Below, piece after piece: positions 1 to 9,431 of a stretch of 50,282 nt of DNA. Numbering within the stretch: the first letter of the stretch is position 1; each line of letters begins with the position of its first letter. The position numbers and the translations under genes are program-made. The notes beneath the pieces were generated by a model. That model did no database searches. It worked only from the letters and a program-made list of their open reading frames with translations, and was not told the origin of the DNA. The DNA is from an uncultured Candidatus Poseidoniales archaeon (GTDB taxonomy: Archaea > Thermoplasmatota > Poseidoniia > Poseidoniales > Thalassarchaeaceae), in assembly GCA_902514485.1 (NCBI GenBank), contig CABXQY010000003.1, forward strand, positions 1 to 50,282, written 5' to 3'.

Positions 1-681
1 AACCATCCAAATAGAGAAGAAGAAGAAAATAAATTTGTAACTGCAGTTAAGAATATAGTCAGAAGAGGAGGAGTGGCATTAGTACCTGCATTTGCATCAG
101 GAAGAGGTCAAGATATTCTCAGAATTCTCCATCGAGAGGTGCCCGAATTGAATGTACATTACGACGGAATGGGGACTAGGCTGACAAGAAAATGGTTCGA
201 TAACCCTCAACATATTCGTGATCCGAGTACCTTAGAAGAAGTATGGAAATGGACGAAAAAAGTTTCCAGTAAATCAGATCGAAAAAAGGCCCTTCAAGCA
301 GATGTAATAGTAACTACAAGTGGAATGTTGGACGGAGGGCCAGCTCTTTGGTATCTAAACCGTCTTAGAAACGATCAAGCAAATGGGATTTTAATAACTG
401 GTTATCAGGCAGAAAATTCGGGAGGAAGAAAACTACTCGATGAAGGTAAAATAAGCATATTTGGTAACATGACACAAATTGATTTAGAAGTATCTCAATT
501 TCAATTATCAAACCATGCGGGACATAGTGAATTATGCGATTTTGCGAATGGTTGTAACCCTCAAAACATGATATTATTTCATGCCCCGGAAGAAAGTCGA
601 GATGTTATTTTTTCCGAAATGGGTGAAAAAATCAAAATCCATTTACCGGTTAATGGCACTCCTATCCTGATTAATTCTTGA
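1..681 (+). CDS. MBL-fold/beta-CASP ribonuclease (archaeal CPSF-like), 5'-truncated by the window edge
   Basis: Frame is open from base 1 (NHPNREEEE...). Motifs ALVPAFASGRGQ, TTSGMLDGG, TGYQAENS and LSNHAG match the beta-CASP family. Confidence 0.85.
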   Translation, partial: NHPNREEEENKFVTAVKNIVRRGGVALVPAFASGRGQDILRILHREVPELNVHYDGMGTRLTRKWFDNPQHIRDPSTLEEVWKWTKKVSSKSDRKKALQADVIVTTSGMLDGGPALWYLNRLRNDQANGILITGYQAENSGGRKLLDEGKISIFGNMTQIDLEVSQFQLSNHAGHSELCDFANGCNPQNMILFHAPEESRDVIFSEMGEKIKIHLPVNGTPILINS

Positions 682-769
682 TTCAAGGGCTCCGAACAAT
701 TCATAGGCCTTATGTAATAAGGAAGACTTAATCAGGCCACGTCCTGAAGAAAGAAAACAGGTGAAAAAG

Positions 770-2365
770 ATGGAAAACGCAAAAGCAGACGAATATTTTG
801 GATATACAGAGAAGGGCGGAACCTTCGATGGCGAGATTAGAGCAGGGTTCACAACCTTCCTAACAATGGCATATATCCTGCTAGTAAACCCAGCAATGCT
901 AACAGTAGCAATTGGTGATGGTACAGATGCAGGTAATGCCACAGCCTTCGCAGACATACTCTTCGCCACAGCAGTAGCGGCCTTTATCGGCTGTACTGTT
1001 ATGGGATTGTGGGCAAATTTACCCTTTGCCTTGGCACCAGGAATGGGGCTTAACGCATACTTCACATTCGGTGTCGTATTAGGAATGGGTATTGCTTGGG
1101 AAGTTGCATTATTTGCAGTATTTGTAGAAGGTATTCTATTTATGATAATGTCTCTACCTCAAGTAGGTTGGAGAACAGCAATGATAAATTCAATACCAAC
1201 CGATCTCAAGATAGCAACTGGTGCGGGTATCGGAATGTTCCTTTCAATCATTGGTTTGAGAGAAATGGGTTGGATCCGAGATGATGGTGCAACGCTTGTA
1301 AATATCGCAGATACAGAAAAGTGGGGCGCAACATCATACGGTATTCCCGATGGATTTTGTTTAGAAGACCATTATGACGCTGCAACAGACTCAATGGTTT
1401 GTGACGTGGTTCAAGACGGATATCTCGAATTAGGAAGTTATGGTCTCCACCAAGAAGGAGCAATAATAGGAATGTTAGCTCTAATCGCAATAGCAGTACT
1501 AATGGCTCGTGGCATCAGAGGTGCTATGATTTACGGTATTATCGTGGCATCAGTATATGGTTGGGCTGTAGGGGCATCAGATCCTTACAACTTCTACTTC
1601 GAAGGCGCACCGGGATGGGGCGGACACGAAGCAACTGCACCTGCATTAGCATCAATAGTCAGCATGCCTTCAATGCCTGAAACCACGCTCTTTGCAGCAT
1701 TTGGTGACGCAGGAATGGGCGCTCTAGAAAAGTCAAACATGGGCGACTTCCTTCTTGTTATGATTGCCTTCCTTTTCGTAGATATATTTGATACGTCAGG
1801 TACTCTTTATTCCGTCGGCCGACAAGCAGGATACGTCGACGAAAACGACGAGTTAATGAACTCCAATGAAGCATTCATGTCAGATGCAGCTGCAACAATC
1901 GTAGGAGGTATGCTAGGTACTAGTACTACGACCACATACATTGAATCAGCAGCGGGTGTTGAAGACGGTGGAAAGACAGGATTGGTTGCCGTTACAGTTG
2001 GTGTGCTAATGCTTTCCGGACTGTTTTTCACAGATTTATTTGCAGCAATACCTCAGTATGCTATGGCATCCGCTTTAGTAATTGTAGGCGCAATGATGAT
2101 GAGGCAGGCAGCAGATATCGATTGGCATGACGCGGAGATGGCATTACCAGCTTTCATTACAATGGTGATGATGCCATTCACTTACTCAATTGCAGATGGT
2201 ATTGCATGGGGTATTATCTCATGGGTAGCTATCAAAGCAGGTATGGGCAAGTTCGATGAGATCAATAAAGTCATGGGCATTCTTTGCGTATTGATGATAA
2301 TGTTCTACATAGGGCCTGGAGACGAATCTACCTTTGGTTGGATTCTCGGCATATTAGGATTCTAA
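770..2365 (+). CDS. NCS2/AzgA-like purine (adenine/guanine/hypoxanthine) permease
   Basis: Motifs AGFTTFLTMAYILLVNP, APGMGLNAYF, TTTTYIESAAGV and PFTYSIADGI. Many TM helices. AGGTGA SD-like sequence at 759-764 favours ATG 770. Lies upstream of apt. Confidence 0.9.
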   Translation: MENAKADEYFGYTEKGGTFDGEIRAGFTTFLTMAYILLVNPAMLTVAIGDGTDAGNATAFADILFATAVAAFIGCTVMGLWANLPFALAPGMGLNAYFTFGVVLGMGIAWEVALFAVFVEGILFMIMSLPQVGWRTAMINSIPTDLKIATGAGIGMFLSIIGLREMGWIRDDGATLVNIADTEKWGATSYGIPDGFCLEDHYDAATDSMVCDVVQDGYLELGSYGLHQEGAIIGMLALIAIAVLMARGIRGAMIYGIIVASVYGWAVGASDPYNFYFEGAPGWGGHEATAPALASIVSMPSMPETTLFAAFGDAGMGALEKSNMGDFLLVMIAFLFVDIFDTSGTLYSVGRQAGYVDENDELMNSNEAFMSDAAATIVGGMLGTSTTTTYIESAAGVEDGGKTGLVAVTVGVLMLSGLFFTDLFAAIPQYAMASALVIVGAMMMRQAADIDWHDAEMALPAFITMVMMPFTYSIADGIAWGIISWVAIKAGMGKFDEINKVMGILCVLMIMFYIGPGDESTFGWILGILGF

Positions 2366-2388
2366 TTAATTTAAATTAGGAACGTAAA

Positions 2389-2415
2389 GGGCCCCGGGTC
2401 TTAGATCCGGGGCTC
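2389..2415. other. GC-rich stem-loop between the permease gene and apt
   Basis: GGGCCCCGGGTC-TTA-GATCCGGGGCTC forms a 12-bp stem including two G-U pairs in an AT-rich context. Confidence 0.5.
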
Positions 2416-2442
2416 CTCCCCTTCTCTAAACGAGCGATTAGC

Positions 2443-2985
2443 ATGTCAAACAATATTACAGAAATTCTTCGAAAGACAATAAGGACAGTGCCAAACTTTC
2501 CGATAGAAGGTATATTGTTTCGGGACATTTCCCCAATTCTTTCCGACGGAGACTTGTTGGAAAAAATAACAGAGAATTTCTCTGAAATAATACAAACAAA
2601 CAATCTCAAACCCGATTTAATTTTAGGGCCAGAATCTCGCGGATTTATCTTCGGCTCATTATTAGCAGCGCATTTAGGAATAGGTTTTATTCCGGTTAGA
2701 AAACCTGGAAAACTTCCATTCAAAAAAATACAAATCGAGTATTCTTTGGAATATGGTACGAACATTTTGGAAATGCATGAAGATGCAATATCTGCTGGCC
2801 AAAGGGTAATAATCATCGACGATCTTCTTGCGACAGGAGGGACAGTAGAAGCTTGTACCAAATTATGTGAGCAGTTAGGAGGAGAAGTGATTTCAAATTT
2901 GTTTGTTATAGAATTAGAAGGTTTAGGTGCCAGAGAAAAATTACATCCCATCCCTTGCATTTCATTGATTAAATATCCTGCATAG
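2443..2985 (+). CDS. apt: Adenine phosphoribosyltransferase
   Basis: Motifs PNFPIEGILFRDI, ESRGFIFG, RKPGKLP, YSLEYG and the PRPP-binding motif IIIDDLLATGGT. Confidence 0.95.
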   Translation: MSNNITEILRKTIRTVPNFPIEGILFRDISPILSDGDLLEKITENFSEIIQTNNLKPDLILGPESRGFIFGSLLAAHLGIGFIPVRKPGKLPFKKIQIEYSLEYGTNILEMHEDAISAGQRVIIIDDLLATGGTVEACTKLCEQLGGEVISNLFVIELEGLGAREKLHPIPCISLIKYPA

Positions 2986-3054
2986 AACCATAAAAAGGAT
3001 ATCATGCCCCCGATTCTTTGAAAGAGTCCCCCGCTTTGCCAATAGAGGATAGTC

Positions 3055-3504
3055 ATGGCAGATAAGGCTCCACCACCACCACCAAAGCCTCCACAAAGGC
3101 CCCCTAAATCGCCTTCAAAACCCTCTCAACCACAAAAGAAAAAACCAGCACCACCAAAAGGAAAACCAAAAGGAAAACCAAAAGGAAAACCAAAAGGAAA
3201 ACCAAAAGGAAAACCAGCTCCTAAGAAGAAAAAACGCCGAAGAATAAAAATAAACACAAAACTCGGACTAAGGCAAAAGAAAATAACAGACCAAGAAGAT
3301 AGTTACACGGATCAAATAGGTTGGACAGCAATGGCAGAATCATTCGAAGACTATGAAGAACCTACTCCCGCCGAACCAGAGATAGTAACTCACCAATGTT
3401 CAATGTGCGGTTCGACAATGAGAATCCCTAGGCCCAAGAGAGAGCGTTACAAAGTTATCTGCGCTTATCCTGAATGTGGACATTCTGATATGGTTGGAAT
3501 ATAA
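3055..3504 (+). CDS. Hypothetical Pro/Lys-rich basic protein with C-terminal zinc ribbon
   Basis: Low-complexity P/K N-terminus, acidic linker, then CSMC...CAYPEC. Confidence 0.7.
   Translation: MADKAPPPPPKPPQRPPKSPSKPSQPQKKKPAPPKGKPKGKPKGKPKGKPKGKPAPKKKKRRRIKINTKLGLRQKKITDQEDSYTDQIGWTAMAESFEDYEEPTPAEPEIVTHQCSMCGSTMRIPRPKRERYKVICAYPECGHSDMVGI
3154..3216 (+). repeat. Perfect coding tandem repeat (CCAAAAGGAAAA)x5 + CCA, encoding (PKGK)x5
   Basis: Five identical 12-bp units read directly from the sequence. Confidence 0.95.
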
Positions 3505-3505
3505 T

Positions 3506-4270
3506 CTAAACTACAAGTATGAACATTCTTCTTATTGAAGCAATTACTAGTACTGAAATAAGCAAATATCTAATTGCTGATTGTTGTGCTACTTGAGAGC
3601 CATATTTTGAACCTAAGTAGCCACCAATTAATACTGCAAAAACAAATGGCAATAAAATTTCAAACTCGATGTCCAATTGTCCCGAAATACTCGCACCAAA
3701 TAATCCTGAGATAGAATTTAGTAAGATAAAGAGAGATGCTGTTGCAGCAGTTGTTTTGGGCGTTGCCCATTTTTTAAGCAATATCACAGGTGAAAGAAAA
3801 ATTCCTCCGCCCACGCCAATGAAACCACTCATTAGGCCGACCCCAGCTCCCACTGGCACAGCAACTGAATATTCTGGAACAACAAAATCTTCTTCATCAC
3901 TATTCTCCTTAGTTTGGAATAATTTGTACGCCGCCCATATCAGAGTAACAGAGAGGAGAGTGTCATAAATTGCGCCATCGACTTTCATGTATCCTCCAAT
4001 AATTGCAAAAGGGATACTCGCCAAAACAAACGGTAATGTAAGTTTTGGAATATGAAAACCAGCCTTTCTATAGTGATAAAAGGCTATACTAGCAACGACT
4101 AAATTTAGGCACCAAGCGTGCTGTTTCAGCCAACTACTATCATATTCTCCGTAAATAGTCAAGGATAATACTGCCAAATATCCAGAAGCACCTCCATGCC
4201 CTACACTAGAGTATAATAGTGCAACGAAAAATAATGCTAGAAGAATTAAAAAATCTGCTTCCGTAAACAC
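3506..4270 (-). CDS. Sulfite exporter TauE/SafE (TSUP) family membrane protein
   Basis: Motifs YSSVGHGGASGY and SGFIGVGGGIFLSP, about 8 TM helices. Start placed at GTG 4270 to avoid overlapping moeA; the ORF track extends to 4345. Confidence 0.85.
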   Translation of the reverse strand: MFTEADFLILLALFFVALLYSSVGHGGASGYLAVLSLTIYGEYDSSWLKQHAWCLNLVVASIAFYHYRKAGFHIPKLTLPFVLASIPFAIIGGYMKVDGAIYDTLLSVTLIWAAYKLFQTKENSDEEDFVVPEYSVAVPVGAGVGLMSGFIGVGGGIFLSPVILLKKWATPKTTAATASLFILLNSISGLFGASISGQLDIEFEILLPFVFAVLIGGYLGSKYGSQVAQQSAIRYLLISVLVIASIRRMFILVV

Positions 4271-4352
4271 AAAGTGTCCTAATGATAAATAATATTTGAA
4301 GAACACCATTATCAATTCAAACACATTATTCATGTGCTTAGACATTCTCGAT

Positions 4353-5570
4353 ATGCCTATGGAGAGAGGAATAACCTTGGAAAGAGCAATTTCTTTAGTC
4401 CAAAAAGAGAAAAAAGAATTGTCTATAGAGACAATTCTTTTAGATGATTCTCATGGTAGAATTTTAGCCGAACCCTTAGTGTCGAAAGTAAATGATCCGA
4501 GATTTGATAACTCGGCAATGGATGGATGGGCAGTCAGAAAGGAAGATTTTCTAGAGAGTAAAAGTATCAATTTATCTATCGTCGGAATTAGTAAAGCAGG
4601 AGGATCTTCTCCGCCATCTGTTAACTCAGGAGAGGCGTGTAAGATTATGACAGGAGCCCCAATTCCTCGGGGAGCGAATGCAATAGTTATGGTAGAAGAT
4701 AGTGAGATACACGGAAATAAAGTAATAATTTCAGGGCCAGCACGAGAAAATTATATTCGATTAAAAGGAGAGAATATTTCAGAAGGGGAAGTTATACTTT
4801 CAAAAGGCCACTTTATGGACGCGCCTTCGATTTCGCTTGTAGCTACAATGGGATATGATTGTATTCCAGTATTCTGCAAACCTATCATAGGGATAATTAG
4901 TACAGGGGATGAATTAATCCCTCCAGGTTTCGAAATAAATAATTGGCAGATATATGAATCAAACTCTTTTGGAATAGCCGACTTAGTTAGAAAAATGGGG
5001 GGCACGCCAATCCGTTATCCCGCAGTAGTAGATTCTCTTGATATATTGAGAAAATCATTAGATGAAGCTGCAAAAAATTGTGATTTGATAATAACTAGCG
5101 GAGGGGTTTCAATGGGAGATTTTGATATTGTAAGAAAGATAATGGAATTGGAGGGTGAAATTAATTTTTGGCGTATAAAAATGCGGCCAGGAGGCCCACC
5201 TATTTTTGGAAAATGGAGAAAAACGCCAATATTTGGCTTACCTGGAAATCCTGTCAGCAGCCACTTAGTATTCTTGATGATTATTTGTCCATGGTTTAGG
5301 GCATCATTTCAAGCAGATGAAGATTCAAAACCCCGTTTGGGAAGAAAGGTATCTGTAAAAATACTAGATAGTGTTAAAGGAGCCGTTGGAAAAACCTGTC
5401 TCCGCAGGATAAGAATTGTAAATGGTGAAAAAGGGTTAACTGCGACCACACACACTCATCAAGGAAGTGGAAATATTCACAGCATGGTTGCACATAATGG
5501 GGTTACTTTGCTGCCACCAAATTACGACGCTAATGCTGGTGAAATAATAGAAGCGTTCTGGCTAAATTGA
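4353..5570 (+). CDS. moeA: Molybdopterin molybdotransferase MoeA
   Basis: Motifs FDNSAMDGWAV, IMTGAPIP, STGDEL, TSGGVSMGDFD and GLPGNPVS. Start probably ATG 4353 or 4359. Confidence 0.93.
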   Translation: MPMERGITLERAISLVQKEKKELSIETILLDDSHGRILAEPLVSKVNDPRFDNSAMDGWAVRKEDFLESKSINLSIVGISKAGGSSPPSVNSGEACKIMTGAPIPRGANAIVMVEDSEIHGNKVIISGPARENYIRLKGENISEGEVILSKGHFMDAPSISLVATMGYDCIPVFCKPIIGIISTGDELIPPGFEINNWQIYESNSFGIADLVRKMGGTPIRYPAVVDSLDILRKSLDEAAKNCDLIITSGGVSMGDFDIVRKIMELEGEINFWRIKMRPGGPPIFGKWRKTPIFGLPGNPVSSHLVFLMIICPWFRASFQADEDSKPRLGRKVSVKILDSVKGAVGKTCLRRIRIVNGEKGLTATTHTHQGSGNIHSMVAHNGVTLLPPNYDANAGEIIEAFWLN

Positions 5571-5637
5571 AAGAAAAAAGAATACATGTCTTCAAGGGCG
5601 GCCAATATTTCGAATACTACACAGAGGTACGTAGAAG

Positions 5638-8616
5638 ATGGCTTCCAAGCAAAAAAAACTAGCAACTAATCATGGCTGGATTGAGGTCAAAGGCGCTAGA
5701 ACGCATAATCTGCAAGATATCGATGTTGAAATCCCAAGAGGAAAATTTGTAGTTATTTCAGGAGTTTCTGGTTCGGGTAAATCCAGCCTTGCATTCGATA
5801 CTCTGTATGCTGAAGGTCAACGGAGATATGTAGAAAGTCTGAGTTCATATGCACGACAATTTCTAGGTCAGATGAAAAAACCGGATTGCGACTCGATAGA
5901 GGGGCTTTCACCCGCTATAAGTATAGATCAGAAACAAGGTAGTCATAATCCCAGGTCTACCGTTGCGACAGTAACTGAAATTATGGATTATATGAGATTA
6001 CTTTGGGCAAGAGTTGGAATCCCACATTGCCCCGATTGCGGCCGCGAAGTAGCAAGAAGAACTGTACAAGAAATAGTAGATGACGCGATGTGGCGTTTTG
6101 AAGAGCACGCAATCGCAATTTGGAGCCCTACAATCCGTAATCGAAAAGGAACTCATGTAGATTTATTCAAAGGGCTTGTCGAACAAGGATACTTAGAAGG
6201 TAAAATTAATGGCCGTATGGCTAGTTTTGAAAACCCCCCGGAATTAGAAAAGAATCTGAGGCATGATGTTGATGTTAGAATTGATAGATTAAAAATCAAT
6301 CGAGCCAATAGACAAAGATTGACAGAAGCAATAGAGTCAGGATTACACTTAGGTGCCGGAACCATTGCAATAGAAAGTTTAGATAAGCCAAAGAGTAAGA
6401 ACAGTAGAAACGAACAGGCCGAAAAAACAGAAAAAGGCCAAGTAACACCATATTCTGAAGAATTTGCTTGTCCTGAACACGGCGCCTTTTTACCTGAAAT
6501 GTCGCCAAGAGTATTTTCTTTCAATAATCCCCTGGGGGCATGTCCAAATTGTCAAGGACTGGGTGTACAAAGAGAATTTTCTCCAGATTTAGTCATCGAT
6601 CGAACTGCTTCTGTAGAAGAAGGATGTATTCGTCCATTCAGATCTTCGATGATGTCGGGGTGGTACAAAAGTCAAATGAGGCAGGTTTGCGAGCACTACG
6701 GCATCTCTTCTAATGTGAAGTTTGGAGATTTGAATGATGATGAACAAGATATCTTACTTTATGGCTCGGGGGGCACAATGATATCCTTTGAATTCACGTC
6801 TGAAAAAGGCTCTTCGTATCAAATGATGAGGCCGTGGGAAGGCGTATTCAATAGAATACGTAGAACTTATAATGAAACTTCATCTGATAGAACAAGATCT
6901 AGGATGACATCTTTCATGAACGATGAACCATGTCCTGATTGCCAAGGTAAGAAATTAAATAATGCAGTTAGTAAAGTAATAGTCGGAGGCGTTTCATTAC
7001 CTGCGATATCCTCCTGCAGTGTTTTAGAAGCACTAGCCGTAGTTCAATATTGGCGAGCAGGAGACTTAGATGATACATGGGAAAAATTAGGTCGAGACAA
7101 ACCAAGTAGCAAAATAATTACAATGACAAATCAACTTTCTGAACGTTCAATATTTATTGGAACGGAAATAATCAAAGAAATAGAGGCTCGACTCAGGTTC
7201 CTTGCATTAGTAGGTTTAGATTATTTGACATTGGACCGTCGAGCAAGTACACTTTCAGGAGGAGAATCCCAGAGAATTAGATTAGCCACCCAGATTGGTA
7301 CAAGATTAACTGGAGTAATGTATGTTTTAGATGAGCCCAGTATAGGTTTACACCCAAGAGATAACGACAGGCTTTTAGCAACTCTCAGAGAACTTACAAC
7401 TTTAGGAAACACCTTACTTGTAGTTGAACACGATGAGGCAACTCTCAAACAAGCTGATTGGCTTGTAGACATTGGACCTGGCGCCGGTAAGGAAGGCGGC
7501 AAAGTATTAGTTAGCGGTGAATTAGATGAACTATTTTCTAACGATGAAAGTATAACTGGGGCTTATTTGTCTGGAAAGAAAAGTATACCAATTCCAGATG
7601 ATAGAAAAATACCCGAAGAAAATAAATGGTTACATATCCGTGGAGCCAGAGAAAACAATTTACAAAACATAGATGTCTCAATTCCTCTTGGTTGTGTAGT
7701 AGCAATCACAGGCGTTTCAGGTTCAGGAAAATCCTCGTTAATCGCCTCTACATTGGCCCCTACTCTACTTCGTGAAATACATGGTACCGATGCATCACCT
7801 GGGCGGCATGATAGTATCGAAGGATTTGAAGAAATAGACAAAACAATTGTCATAGATCAATCTCCAATTGGCCGTACCCCGCGTTCGAATGCGGCGACTT
7901 ACACGGGGGCATTCGGACATATTAGGAATTTATTCGCTGAAACAATAATGGCAAAGGAAAGAGGATATATGCCAGGTCAATTTTCTTTTAATGTAAAAGG
8001 GGGCCGATGTGAATCCTGTAAGGGCGCAGGCTCAATAAAATTAGAGATGAATTTTTTACCTGATGTATGGGTGACTTGTGATGTTTGTAAAGGTAAGCGA
8101 TATACAAGAGAAACTCTAGAAGTTGAGTGGAAGGGAAAAACAATCCAAGAAATCTTAGAAATGTCAGTGGCCGAAGCAGTATTGTTCTTTGAAAACCAAA
8201 AATCTCTACATAGAATTCTTACTACTTTGAAGGATGTAGGCTTGGGTTATGTTCGATTAGGGCAACCAGCGACAACGCTATCAGGTGGAGAAGCCCAACG
8301 AGTAAAACTAGCATCAGAATTACACCGCCCCACCAGAAGTCACACTGTTTATATTCTAGATGAACCGACAACAGGGCTTTCATTATTCGATGTCCACCAA
8401 CTGACAGAGGTCCTCCTTCGTCTACGCCGAAATGGACACACAGTGATAGTAATAGAGCATCATCTTGACGTCATTAAATGCGCGGATTGGGTCATTGATT
8501 TAGGGCCTGAAGGAGGAGAATTAGGCGGACTAATAGTGGCAGAAGGCCCCCCTGAAAAAATAATCAAGGTGAAGGGCAGTTACACAGGATTACACCTTAA
8601 AGAACTACTAAACTAG
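5638..8616 (+). CDS. uvrA: Excinuclease ABC subunit A
   Basis: Two ABC ATPase modules (GVSGSGKSS twice, LSGGESQR/LSGGEAQR), EGQRRYVESLS, three Zn-binding Cys clusters. Confidence 0.97.
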   Translation: MASKQKKLATNHGWIEVKGARTHNLQDIDVEIPRGKFVVISGVSGSGKSSLAFDTLYAEGQRRYVESLSSYARQFLGQMKKPDCDSIEGLSPAISIDQKQGSHNPRSTVATVTEIMDYMRLLWARVGIPHCPDCGREVARRTVQEIVDDAMWRFEEHAIAIWSPTIRNRKGTHVDLFKGLVEQGYLEGKINGRMASFENPPELEKNLRHDVDVRIDRLKINRANRQRLTEAIESGLHLGAGTIAIESLDKPKSKNSRNEQAEKTEKGQVTPYSEEFACPEHGAFLPEMSPRVFSFNNPLGACPNCQGLGVQREFSPDLVIDRTASVEEGCIRPFRSSMMSGWYKSQMRQVCEHYGISSNVKFGDLNDDEQDILLYGSGGTMISFEFTSEKGSSYQMMRPWEGVFNRIRRTYNETSSDRTRSRMTSFMNDEPCPDCQGKKLNNAVSKVIVGGVSLPAISSCSVLEALAVVQYWRAGDLDDTWEKLGRDKPSSKIITMTNQLSERSIFIGTEIIKEIEARLRFLALVGLDYLTLDRRASTLSGGESQRIRLATQIGTRLTGVMYVLDEPSIGLHPRDNDRLLATLRELTTLGNTLLVVEHDEATLKQADWLVDIGPGAGKEGGKVLVSGELDELFSNDESITGAYLSGKKSIPIPDDRKIPEENKWLHIRGARENNLQNIDVSIPLGCVVAITGVSGSGKSSLIASTLAPTLLREIHGTDASPGRHDSIEGFEEIDKTIVIDQSPIGRTPRSNAATYTGAFGHIRNLFAETIMAKERGYMPGQFSFNVKGGRCESCKGAGSIKLEMNFLPDVWVTCDVCKGKRYTRETLEVEWKGKTIQEILEMSVAEAVLFFENQKSLHRILTTLKDVGLGYVRLGQPATTLSGGEAQRVKLASELHRPTRSHTVYILDEPTTGLSLFDVHQLTEVLLRLRRNGHTVIVIEHHLDVIKCADWVIDLGPEGGELGGLIVAEGPPEKIIKVKGSYTGLHLKELLN

Positions 8617-8664
8617 TATTTGTAGGGCTAAGATTTGAGTATGACTACCCTTTGAGGTTGAGTC

Positions 8665-9420
8665 ATGTACCGTTCAGGGAACCCCGCACTAAATGACTCA
8701 ACTTTTGAAAAAAGTGCTTACAAAGAAGCCTCTTGGTGGGAAGATAGCGAATCAAATTTGATGTCAATGAACGGCGTGGTGGACAAAACAGCGTTATTAT
8801 TAACAATCGTCACACTTACTGCAATTGCAGTTTATCTCACAGTTCCTATCTCTCTATTCTTAACTTTCTTAGGTGCTATAGTTGGATTTGTAGTTGCACT
8901 GATAATAATATTTTCCGGTTCAATGAATCCAATATTAATTTGTACGTATGCAGTATGTCAGGGTTTATTTCTTGGAGGCATAACTTGGATAATCGAGAAA
9001 CAAGTAGATGCCCCTGGTTTAGGAATCATAGCAGCGGTATTGACTCTCTTAATTCTAGGCGTTATGCTTTCCATATATCGCGCGGGCTTAATTTCTTGGA
9101 ATAAGAACATGCAAATCGCAGTAACTTCTTCTATGGTTGCAATTTTGCTAATATATCTTGCTTCATTTATAGGCTCTTTTGTAGGTTTTGAAGTTCCTTT
9201 AATACATGGTAATGGGATTGTTGGTATTGCATTTTCTGTATTTGTCGTAGGAATCGCCTCATTATGTTTAGTTGCAGATTTTGATTTTATCGAAAGAGGC
9301 GTCGAAAGAGGCGCACCAAAACAGTTGGAATGGCGAGCAGCCTTTGGATTATTAGTCACATTAATTTGGTTATATTTGGAAATACTAGAACTTCTTGCAA
9401 AACTAGCATCACGTAGGTAG
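8665..9420 (+). CDS. Bax inhibitor-1/YccA family membrane protein
   Basis: Motifs RSGNPAL and LVADFDFIERGVERGAPKQLEWRAAFGLLVTLIWLYLEIL, about 7 TM helices. Confidence 0.9.
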   Translation: MYRSGNPALNDSTFEKSAYKEASWWEDSESNLMSMNGVVDKTALLLTIVTLTAIAVYLTVPISLFLTFLGAIVGFVVALIIIFSGSMNPILICTYAVCQGLFLGGITWIIEKQVDAPGLGIIAAVLTLLILGVMLSIYRAGLISWNKNMQIAVTSSMVAILLIYLASFIGSFVGFEVPLIHGNGIVGIAFSVFVVGIASLCLVADFDFIERGVERGAPKQLEWRAAFGLLVTLIWLYLEILELLAKLASRR

Positions 9421-9431
9421 ATGAGGGTAAT

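Noticed and set aside
682-769. Possible purine riboswitch upstream of the NCS2 permease
   Set aside because: The conserved purine-aptamer core sequences are absent; only short inverted repeats are seen.
643-1065. Antisense 140-aa ORF, and the many similar shadow ORFs opposite long genes (e.g. 2376-3056, 8958-9359, 30241-30696)
   Set aside because: They lie fully opposite well-supported genes, have no motifs, and are explained by codon bias on the sense strand.
3154-3216. Short repeat array as a CRISPR candidate
   Set aside because: Contiguous 12-bp units with no spacers, in frame inside a CDS, and no cas genes in the window.
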